Of a stretch of DNA of 33,908 nt, positions 1 to 5,628 are shown piece after piece. Numbering within the stretch: position 1 is the stretch's first letter; each line of letters starts with the position of its first letter. A program made the position numbers and the translations under genes. The notes below the pieces were generated by a model, which was not told where the DNA came from, searched no databases, and worked only from the letters and a program-made list of their open reading frames with translations. This stretch comes from a virus: positions 1 through 33,908 of IMG/VR virus record IMGVR_UViG_3300029130_000028; one strand, 5' to 3'.

Positions 1-99
1 CCCGCCGCACCAGCTTGATCACCGCCACCGGCAGCGGCTCCGGCCGCGCCTCCTGCACGCAATCCGGCAGCAGCGCCGTCTTGAGCTGCAGGTGCTGCA
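1..99. repeat. Terminal overlap copy 1, identical to 33810-33908
   Basis: Base-by-base comparison of both ends shows 99/99 identity. A fixed-length overlap is typical of a circular contig assembly artefact. Confidence 0.9.
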
Positions 100-286
100 A
101 GCCTAAATATTGCACGTTGTACACCGCGCACATCCGAGCCACGATGTCGTCGCCCGGCAGCCGCTCCCCAGACTCGTAGGCGCGGATGCTGGTGTCGCTG
201 ACCGCCAGACGCTCCGCTGCGGCCTCCTGCGTCAGACCCGCCGCTTTCCGGGCGGTCTGATAGATGTTTCCACCGTCCTTTGCCAT
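1..286 (-). CDS. XRE-family HTH regulator, 5' part (the 149-aa ORF continues across the junction into 33809..33646)
   Basis: ATG at 286 is preceded by AGGAGGAG (293-300). The translation MAKDGGNIYQTARKAAGLTQEAAAERLAVSDTSIRAYESGERLP is a classic HTH_3 pattern. 286 nt plus 164 nt gives 450 nt, which is in frame with the stop at 33646-33648. Confidence 0.8.
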   Translation of the reverse strand, partial: MAKDGGNIYQTARKAAGLTQEAAAERLAVSDTSIRAYESGERLPGDDIVARMCAVYNVQYLGLQHLQLKTALLPDCVQEARPEPLPVAVIKLVRR

Positions 287-318
287 GGACAACTCCTCCT
301 TTCTCCGCTATGCTGACC

Positions 319-510
319 TTAGTGGGCAGCGTCGCTCATCAGCTCCTGTTCCGTGCACTGCAAGATGGCGCACAGCATGGCGCGGTGCTTCTTGCAGGGC
401 GTACCCTTGCCGCGCTCCCAGATGCTGATCACCGACCGGTCTACATTCAGCTTGTCCGCCAGCTGGGCCTGCGTCAGACCCATTTTCTCGCGGTATTCTT
501 TGACTCTCAT
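319..510 (-). CDS. Cro-like XRE-family HTH protein (63 aa), first gene of the leftward early operon
   Basis: The translation MRVKEYREKMGLTQAQLADKLNVDRSVISIWERGKG shows an HTH_3 signature. The RBS is GGGGAGGTGAGACG before the ATG at 510. The gene is divergent from the XRE gene at 763. Confidence 0.85.
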   Translation of the reverse strand: MRVKEYREKMGLTQAQLADKLNVDRSVISIWERGKGTPCKKHRAMLCAILQCTEQELMSDAAH

Positions 511-542
511 CGTCTCACCTCCCCTATCTGTGAAAATTCACC

Positions 543-571
543 TTGCATGGCAGGGAAAAGGGTGGTATGAT
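543..571 (+). promoter_or_regulatory. Predicted sigma-A promoter (element A): TTGCAT-17-TATGAT with extended -10 TGG
   Basis: TTGCAT is at 543-548 and TATGAT at 566-571, preceded by TGG. The palindrome GTGAAAATTCAC (530-541) abuts the -35. The promoter points toward the XRE gene at 763. Confidence 0.5.
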
Positions 572-674
572 GGTTTTGCTGGAAACTACATACGCACCCT
601 TTTTCTGCTCCGGCTGGCACGGAGATCGCCTCTCTGTACCGCCGTTGTCCACCGTTTCCGGTTGGTACACTTGC

Positions 675-703
675 ATGATATCAAGATATTTCTTGATTGT
701 CAA
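675..703 (-). promoter_or_regulatory. Predicted early leftward promoter: TTGACA-17-TGaTATCAT
   Basis: On the minus strand TTGACA is at 703-698 and TATCAT at 680-675, with a TGn extension. The palindrome TCAAGAtattTCTTGA (681-696) fills the spacer. The promoter is upstream of the cro-like gene. Confidence 0.6.
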
Positions 704-762
704 CACAAAATCATGATTTTTCTTGATTTTGTGAAGTTTAACAAAATCTCGGGAGCCGCTTT

Positions 763-990
763 ATGTACGATACACAGGAAATCGCTTTGCGCATTAAGCA
801 GCGCACGAAGCAAGTGAAAATCCCAATGAAAGTGCTGCTGCCCGACTGCGGCCTTAATATCAACGCGATTTCCGATCTTGCCAACGGAAGGGCCATGTCT
901 TGCGTGTCCCTCGCTCTGATTGCCGACCGGCTGGACTGCTCCGTGGATTACCTCCTGGGCCGCACGAACAACCCCGCCGTCAACCGATAG
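763..990 (+). CDS. XRE-family HTH protein (75 aa), candidate repressor of the divergent switch
   Basis: The translation contains LNINAISDLANGRAMSCVSLALIADRLDCSVDYLLGRT, a typical HTH_3 C-terminal LxxSxDYLLG motif. It is divergent from the cro-like gene. Confidence 0.8.
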   Translation: MYDTQEIALRIKQRTKQVKIPMKVLLPDCGLNINAISDLANGRAMSCVSLALIADRLDCSVDYLLGRTNNPAVNR

Positions 991-996
991 GGGGGG

Positions 997-1296
997 GTGT
1001 CCGAATTGAACGCCTGCAAAGAACGCCGCACCTTGGAGAAGATCTCCGCGGCCGGCAGCACCGCCACGAAAGACGACGCCTTCGGCAAGAACGACGAGGA
1101 GCTGCTGCGCGCCATGCTGCAACAGGACTACGTCTCCCTGGATCCCGTGTACCACCAGCGGCTGATGCTGCGCCCGCAGGGCTACGCCCGGCTGCGAGAG
1201 CTGAAGCATAACCGCGGGGAGTTCGTCCGCTGGGCACTCACCACGGCTATTTCGGCGGCGGCTCTGATCGTTTCTATTGTCGCGATAGCTCGGTAG
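997..1296 (+). CDS. Hypothetical protein with a C-terminal transmembrane anchor (99 aa)
   Basis: A GTG start at 997 follows a G-rich RBS, 7 nt after the XRE stop. The C-terminus WALTTAISAAALIVSIVAIAR is hydrophobic. No family was recognised. Confidence 0.55.
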   Translation: MSELNACKERRTLEKISAAGSTATKDDAFGKNDEELLRAMLQQDYVSLDPVYHQRLMLRPQGYARLRELKHNRGEFVRWALTTAISAAALIVSIVAIAR

Positions 1297-1299
1297 GCG

Positions 1300-1497
1300 T
1301 TAGATCCCGACGACCAGACGAATACCTGCCGTCAGCGCGAGGACGCCTGTGAACGCCGCGCTGATGCCGAACGCATAGCAGGCGAAACAGCAGTCGCGAT
1401 CCTCGCAACGCTGTTCCGCTTTCCACGCCAGATAGCCCAGCAGCAGCGTCAGCGCCAAAAGTACCACCAGTGCAATAAGCCACTTCAAGAGACCCAC
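1300..1497 (-). CDS. Small two-TM hydrophobic protein (about 65 aa; an alternative GTG start is at 1530)
   Basis: The translation is VGLLKWLIALVVLLALTLLLGYLAW...FGISAAFTGVLALTAGIRLVVGI. The RBS AAGGGGGTGA lies upstream of the GTG at 1497. Confidence 0.55.
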   Translation of the reverse strand: MGLLKWLIALVVLLALTLLLGYLAWKAEQRCEDRDCCFACYAFGISAAFTGVLALTAGIRLVVGI

Positions 1498-1530
1498 GCT
1501 TTCACCCCCTTTCACCCCGTGAAAGTTCAC

Positions 1531-1559
1531 CTTCGCCCCCGGAAAAAGGGTGGTATGAT
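1531..1559 (+). promoter_or_regulatory. Predicted promoter (element B), paralogous to element A; extended -10 TGGTATGAT, weak -35
   Basis: TATGAT is at 1554-1559, preceded by TGG. The palindrome GTGAAAGTTCAC is at 1519-1530. The conserved blocks and their spacing match 530-599. Confidence 0.4.
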
Positions 1560-1696
1560 AGTCATGTCAGCAACTTCACACGCACCCATTTCTCCGTAAA
1601 GAGGGAGGACATAATGCGCAAGCAAACCCATCCGACGCGCATCTCAGTGATCCGGCGCACCTTCCGGCGTCGCCGTTCCTCTCGGGGGATGGTATA

Positions 1697-1725
1697 AGCA
1701 TAAATGAGTAATTACGCATTGTCAA
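1697..1725 (-). promoter_or_regulatory. Predicted leftward promoter: TTGACA-17-TATGCT
   Basis: On the minus strand TTGACA is at 1725-1720 and TATGCT at 1702-1697. The 8-bp palindrome GTAATTAC (1708-1715) sits in the spacer. Confidence 0.45.
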
Positions 1726-1789
1726 GCGATTTTGAGTAATTACCTATTATTCGTAATTTTGCATAATTGCCATATAGTATGAGGTCACC

Positions 1790-2110
1790 ATGGAACGAGA
1801 ACTTTTTGTGCAGAATATCAAAGAGCGCTGCCGCGCAAAAGGAGTCAAGCCCACCGTGGCCTGTCGTGAAGCCGGCGTCGGCACCAGCTTTATCACGGAC
1901 ATAAACAAGGGACAAACGCCCTCCGTGGCCAAGGTGCAGTTGCTGGCGCAGTACCTCGGCTGCACCGTCTCCGACCTGCTGGGGGAGAAGGAGACGCCGC
2001 AGGATCCGGTGCGGCAGGAGTTTATGCGCCTGCTGGACAGCATGACCGCCGAGCAGCGGAACGAACTGTTTGCCTTCATGCTCCGCCTGAGACGGGAGCG
2101 GGAAAAATAA
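1790..2110 (+). CDS. CI-like XRE-family HTH repressor (106 aa)
   Basis: The translation contains IKERCRAKGVKPTVACREAGVGTSFITDINKGQTPSVAKVQLLAQYLGCTVSDLLGE. The RBS is GAGGT at 1781-1785. The gene sits in the lysogeny block on the same strand as the integrase. Confidence 0.8.
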   Translation: MERELFVQNIKERCRAKGVKPTVACREAGVGTSFITDINKGQTPSVAKVQLLAQYLGCTVSDLLGEKETPQDPVRQEFMRLLDSMTAEQRNELFAFMLRLRREREK

Positions 2111-2135
2111 AACGGTGCCCGAATCGGGCACCGTT
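2111..2135. terminator. Bidirectional intrinsic terminator hairpin containing palindrome copy 1
   Basis: The sequence AACGGTGCCCGAATCGGGCACCGTT is flanked by AAAATAAA on one side and TTCTC on the other. On the minus strand it is followed by TTTTATTTTT. It lies between convergent genes. Confidence 0.7.
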
Positions 2136-2137
2136 TC

Positions 2138-2248
2138 TCAGAGGATCTCGCCGCTAATGATTTTCAGTGCGGCCGCCAAGGCCTCGGCCTGCGCCGCTTC
2201 GTCCAGACTGTCGAACAACGCCAACAAGTCCTCCTCCCACTCATTCAT
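2138..2248 (-). CDS. Small acidic ORF (36 aa), not in the supplied track
   Basis: The translation is MNEWEEDLLALFDSLDEAAQAEALAAALKIISGEIL. The RBS GGGGGAG precedes the ATG at 2248. It has its own promoter (2277-2304) and ends at the 2111-2135 terminator. Confidence 0.4.
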   Translation of the reverse strand: MNEWEEDLLALFDSLDEAAQAEALAAALKIISGEIL

Positions 2249-2276
2249 GTCGCTCCCCCTTCAAAATAGTACCTTT

Positions 2277-2304
2277 ATTGTACCACTTCGACAAAATATG
2301 TCCA
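2277..2304 (-). promoter_or_regulatory. Predicted promoter: TGGACA-16-TGgTACAAT
   Basis: On the minus strand TGGACA is at 2304-2299 and TACAAT at 2282-2277, preceded by TGG. Confidence 0.5.
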
Positions 2305-2369
2305 GTAAAATGCAAATTTTTTGCAAAAAATATATGTAAGCGGCAGATTTGCCGCGGAAAGGGAAAGAT

Positions 2370-2738
2370 ATGGTCGATTTCAAAAACGGGGTGGTTTTCA
2401 AGCTGAAGGAGTCCAACGAAGTGCCGTCCGCCATCCGCGACATTCTCCTGCCGGGCGAGCAGGTGGTCGGAAACTACAAGGCTATCCGCGACTACGTGCT
2501 GTTCACCGACCGCCGACTCATCTCCTGCAATGTGCAGGGCATCACCGGCAAGAAGCAGGACTTTACATCCTTGCCTTACAAAAATATTACTGTGTTTTCT
2601 GTGGAGACTGCCGGCGTGCTGGATCTGGATAGCGAGCTGGAGTTGTACTTCGCCGGCCTGGGGAAAGTGCATTTTGACTTTTCCGGCAAGTGCGACATCA
2701 AATCCATCGGACGCTGCATAGCGCAGGCGGTTCTTTAA
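2370..2738 (+). CDS. Bacterial PH-domain (YokE/bPH_1-like) protein, 122 aa; a moron between repressor and integrase
   Basis: The translation is MVDFKNGVVFKLKE...LLPGEQVVGNYKAIRDYVLFTDRRLISCNVQGITGKKQDFTSLPYKNITVFSVETAG.LDLDSELELYF. This matches the bPH pattern (GE.v...... rd.lvfTnkRli..d.qg..gkk......pY..I..fs.et). The ATG at 2370 has the RBS AAAGGGAAAG; the track start at 2349 is a TTG. Confidence 0.7.
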   Translation: MVDFKNGVVFKLKESNEVPSAIRDILLPGEQVVGNYKAIRDYVLFTDRRLISCNVQGITGKKQDFTSLPYKNITVFSVETAGVLDLDSELELYFAGLGKVHFDFSGKCDIKSIGRCIAQAVL

Positions 2739-2748
2739 TTTTCGACGC

Positions 2749-2777
2749 AAAGCGGTGCCCGATTCGGGCACCGCTTT
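2749..2777. terminator. Bidirectional hairpin terminator containing palindrome copy 2
   Basis: The sequence is AAAGCGGTGCCCGATTCGGGCACCGCTTT. It lies just after the bPH gene stop and before the integrase RBS. Confidence 0.65.
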
Positions 2778-2799
2778 CTCAAAAGGAGGGAGTCATGCC

Positions 2800-3963
2800 A
2801 TGCAGTGCAAGAATAAGGGCTGCGGCCGCGAGATAGACGCCGACTCCGTCTACTGCAAATGGTGCGGCACCCGGCAGGTCCGGGAGCAGCGCAGCAAGAA
2901 CACCGCCCACACGCCCACCGCCCGGAAGCTTCCCAGCGGCTCATGGGCCTGCCGCGTCCGCGTCAACGGGCAGGATGTGTCCATTACCCGCGAGACCAAG
3001 GAGGAGGCCATTGCCGAGGCCATGGCCATCAAGCACGGCCTAAAGGCGCCCGATAAGGCCGCCCCTACTATGACGTTGCGGGAAGCCTACCGGAAGTACA
3101 TAGAATCCCGCGACGGGGTACTGTCCCCGTCCACCGTGGCTGGATATATGCGCCTGCAGCGAAACACATTCCAGCGGCTCATGCCGATGAAGCTGGGGAA
3201 CATCACCTCCGAGCAGATCCAGCGGGAGATCTCCGCCATGGCCAAGGGCGGAAAGGCCCCGAAGTACATCGCCAACGCCGAGGGTTTGCTATCCTCCGTC
3301 CTTAAACAGTTTAATCCGGGCGCCAGTTACGACCTGCACCTTCCTCCCAAGCGCAAGCCGGAGCTCCAAAAGCTGGAGGACGGGGACATCGCCGGTGTCC
3401 TGGCAGCGTTCCGGGGCGATCCCGTGGAACTGCCGGTGTTGATGGCGCTATGGATGGGGATGCGCATGTCGGAGATCCTCGGCGCAGAGTTCGGCGACAT
3501 CGATGGTGGTCGGCTGCACATCCGCCGCGCCGTTGTCATAGATGCGGAAAACAACAGCGTGGTGAAGGACTCTGCCAAGACCTACGCCGGAGACCGGTGG
3601 GTCGATATTCCGCTCTACATCATGGCTCTCATCCGCGCCGACGGCAGGGACTCCGGGAGGATCGTCACCTTTACCGGCGCAACCATCTACAAGCGCTTTG
3701 TGCGAGGAATGGAGCGGGCAGGACTGCCGCGCTGCCGTTTCCATGACCTTCGTCACGCCAACGCCGCCATCATGGTGCGGCTCGGCGTCGATTCCAAGTA
3801 TGCGCAAGAGCGCAACGGCTGGGCGTCTGACCGGATGTACAAGCAGGTCTACTCTTACACTATGGACGATCAGATGGCCGCGATCAGTCGGCAGATGGAC
3901 GACTATTTTGACAACAAAATGTCAACAGAAATTCAAGAAGCCAAGAAGAAACAACGCGTATAA
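2800..3963 (+). CDS. int: Tyrosine recombinase / phage integrase with an N-terminal zinc ribbon
   Basis: The ATG at 2800 follows AAAAGGAGGG. The N-terminus has CKNKGCG...CKWCG. An R is present in GMRMSEILG, and the HDLRH box and a C-terminal Y region (YKQVYSY) are present. The gene is adjacent to the tRNA-like attP. The track start at 2755 is a GTG inside the palindrome. Confidence 0.9.
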   Translation: MQCKNKGCGREIDADSVYCKWCGTRQVREQRSKNTAHTPTARKLPSGSWACRVRVNGQDVSITRETKEEAIAEAMAIKHGLKAPDKAAPTMTLREAYRKYIESRDGVLSPSTVAGYMRLQRNTFQRLMPMKLGNITSEQIQREISAMAKGGKAPKYIANAEGLLSSVLKQFNPGASYDLHLPPKRKPELQKLEDGDIAGVLAAFRGDPVELPVLMALWMGMRMSEILGAEFGDIDGGRLHIRRAVVIDAENNSVVKDSAKTYAGDRWVDIPLYIMALIRADGRDSGRIVTFTGATIYKRFVRGMERAGLPRCRFHDLRHANAAIMVRLGVDSKYAQERNGWASDRMYKQVYSYTMDDQMAAISRQMDDYFDNKMSTEIQEAKKKQRV

Positions 3964-3974
3964 GCTTCCTTCCA

Positions 3975-4002
3975 AGGGGTTCGACTCCCCTCAGCTCCAC
4001 CA
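3975..4002 (+). other. attP core: 3' end of a tRNA/tmRNA-like gene (T-arm, acceptor strand, ACCA)
   Basis: The elements are AGGGG-TTCGACT-CCCCT (T stem-loop), CAGCTCC (acceptor 3' strand), A (discriminator) and CCA. There is no 5' half upstream, where the int coding sequence lies, so this is a fragment that would regenerate a host gene on integration. Confidence 0.7.
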
Positions 4003-4012
4003 AAATGGAAAA

Positions 4013-4043
4013 CCGCCTGATCGCAACGATCAGGCGGTTTTTT
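4013..4043 (+). terminator. Intrinsic terminator following the tRNA-like fragment
   Basis: CCGCCTGATCG-CAA-CGATCAGGCGG is an 11-bp perfect stem, followed by TTTTTT. Confidence 0.8.
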
Positions 4044-4092
4044 ATTTATTCACAAGGCTTTGCGGCTCGCCGTGCGTCCGAGCCAGCGCAAA

Positions 4093-4116
4093 AACCGTCC
4101 AGCCTTGCGGACGGTT
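4093..4116 (-). terminator. Terminator of the leftward moron transcript (usable in both directions)
   Basis: The stem is AACCGTCC...GGACGGTT. On the minus strand it is followed by TTTTTG. It lies 45 nt downstream of the stop at 4161. Confidence 0.6.
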
Positions 4117-4160
4117 TTACGCTCGATAAAAACAACTTTTGTCAATGAAATGACAACGGG

Positions 4161-4499
4161 CTATCCCTGCGGCCGCTGATACGCTCCGGCTGCCTGTGCC
4201 AGCAGGAGGCGGAGATAGTCTGGGCAGCTCCTCACGCCGCGCTCCCAGTCCTCCAGTGTGCGGGTGGGGATGCAGTAGCGCATAGCAAAGGCTGCTTGGG
4301 ACAGGCCGGTGTGCTGCCGGATGTTGCGGATCGTCAGGTGGGCGGCATCCCAGAGACGCGCCAGCAGATCGATGCGGTCTGCGGGGATGTCTGCGGCGTC
4401 CCCCCAGACGGAGGACAGCGACCAGTCGGAGACAAAAGCGTCTCGGTCGGCGGCGGCGAGTGCTGCGGCGAAAAGGGTGCAAAACAGTTTGTCTGTCAT
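4161..4499 (-). CDS. HTH protein (113 aa) with an antitoxin/Aca-like C-terminal HTH
   Basis: The ATG at 4499 has the RBS AAAGGA. The translation contains IRNIRQHTGLSQAAFAMRYCIPTRTLEDWERGVRSCPDYLRLLL, matching the IPxRTLxxWExGxRxxP motif of small XRE/MqsA-like HTH proteins. Confidence 0.7.
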   Translation of the reverse strand: MTDKLFCTLFAAALAAADRDAFVSDWSLSSVWGDAADIPADRIDLLARLWDAAHLTIRNIRQHTGLSQAAFAMRYCIPTRTLEDWERGVRSCPDYLRLLLAQAAGAYQRPQG

Positions 4500-4539
4500 G
4501 TTTAATATCCTTTCGTAGGTGAAAATGTGAAAAAGGAAA

Positions 4540-4558
4540 AGCACCGGTCACCGGTGCT
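4540..4558 (-). terminator. Intrinsic terminator or attenuator hairpin
   Basis: The minus-strand sequence is AGCACCGG-TGA-CCGGTGCT, followed by TTTTCCTTTTT. Confidence 0.6.
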
Positions 4559-4635
4559 CTTCCCGCGGGTGAAGGACTTGTCCTTCTCACCTTTTCAATC
4601 CACGGATGCAAGCGCCTCCTGCATCCGACGAGAAT

Positions 4636-4664
4636 AGGTTACCACGCTGCGCGGGAAATGTCAA
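4636..4664 (-). promoter_or_regulatory. Predicted promoter: TTGACA-17-TGgTAACCT
   Basis: On the minus strand TTGACA is at 4664-4659. The extended -10 GCGTGGTAACCT closely resembles the 5888-5916 promoter (GCGTGGTAGTAT). Confidence 0.4.
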
Positions 4665-4670
4665 GCGCCG

Positions 4671-5000
4671 TCATGACTGCGTCCCACCCGCCAGATATAT
4701 GGCGTTCTCACGTTCTGTCTGCTCGTAGTCCGCCATCGCGTCCGCGATCATGTCCGCGATCTGCTGCTGGGACTTGTAGCGGGTGGTGATGCCAACCTTA
4801 ATGACGTCAGCGTCGTGGTAGACCGTCCATTCCTCGCGGTCCCAGTGGTACTTGCACCAGACGTCGCCGGTGGACTTGTCGTAGAAAATCTCCACATACT
4901 CCCCCGTGCGGGAGCCGAGGCCCTTGGTGGAATTGGAGGCGTTGGCCAATGTCTCCATGTTGATTTTTCTGCCGTAGGTCTTGATCTCCATGTTTTTCAT
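4671..5000 (-). CDS. Hypothetical protein (109 aa), moron operon
   Basis: AGGAGGAG lies upstream of the ATG at 5000. No family was recognised. Confidence 0.6.
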   Translation of the reverse strand: MKNMEIKTYGRKINMETLANASNSTKGLGSRTGEYVEIFYDKSTGDVWCKYHWDREEWTVYHDADVIKVGITTRYKSQQQIADMIADAMADYEQTERENAIYLAGGTQS

Positions 5001-5013
5001 GACAACTCCTCCT

Positions 5014-5550
5014 TCAGTCCCAAAGGTGGGATTCGCAGTGTGTCGCCCAGTCGCTGTTCATGGCGGCGATGGCCTGTTCGTAGTTTTCGCCGTTGACGAT
5101 GGCGTCCAGCGCCTTCTTGCCAGCTGCGGATTTTGCGTCGTTTTCGGACGCCGCGAACTCCTGCGCGTCCAAATACGCCTTGGCGCAGGGGTACTGGGCG
5201 TACATGGCATCCATGTCATACTTCGGCTTGGGACGGACGCCCACGCCGCCGCCGTTCTCGCTGTCAAAACTGGCGTCAAATTCCAGTTTCCAATTTACCA
5301 GATCGGCACGGGCGGCTTCGATCTCCCGCAGGCCGGGAATGGCGGCGATTTTCTTCTGCCGCTCCTGCTCTGCGCGGATACCGGCTTCGCGCTGCTCCAG
5401 CAGAGTGGCCACGATCTCCGGCTTTGCGGCTTTGATGGCGGCAAGAGCCGCTTTGTCGGCGCGGTACACAACCAGATTTCCGGTGGGCTGGCCGTGTTCG
5501 TCGAGTTTCAGGGAAATCCTGTACCGCAGAATCAGTTCCTGTGCGTTCAT
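5014..5550 (-). CDS. Hypothetical protein (178 aa), moron operon
   Basis: CAGGAGGAAC lies upstream of the ATG at 5550. No family was recognised. Confidence 0.6.
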   Translation of the reverse strand: MNAQELILRYRISLKLDEHGQPTGNLVVYRADKAALAAIKAAKPEIVATLLEQREAGIRAEQERQKKIAAIPGLREIEAARADLVNWKLEFDASFDSENGGGVGVRPKPKYDMDAMYAQYPCAKAYLDAQEFAASENDAKSAAGKKALDAIVNGENYEQAIAAMNSDWATHCESHLWD

Positions 5551-5628
5551 GTTCTGTTCCTCCTGTTCAAAAATTTTTATGGGGTGGGGCTGATGCGCTC
5601 AAACCCTCCAGAAGCGTTGTTGTTGCTA

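Noticed and set aside
1-99. A biological direct terminal repeat of a linear virion genome
   Set aside because: The repeat falls in the middle of a regulator gene. It is exactly 99 bp, a common assembler k-mer overlap, and removing it restores an ORF. An assembly overlap of a circular molecule is more likely. Virion ends must be determined experimentally.
1614-1697. A 27-codon Arg-rich ORF (MRKQTHPTRISVIRRTFRRRRSSRGMV) with a good RBS
   Set aside because: It cannot be judged from sequence alone. It is extremely basic and of low complexity, and it lies in a leader overlapped by a convergent promoter. It is mentioned under switch region 2 but not called as a gene.
3975-4002. A complete tRNA or tmRNA gene
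   Set aside because: Only the T-arm, 3' acceptor strand and CCA are present. The sequence upstream is integrase coding sequence with no D-arm, anticodon arm or 5' acceptor strand. It is an att fragment, not an RNA gene.
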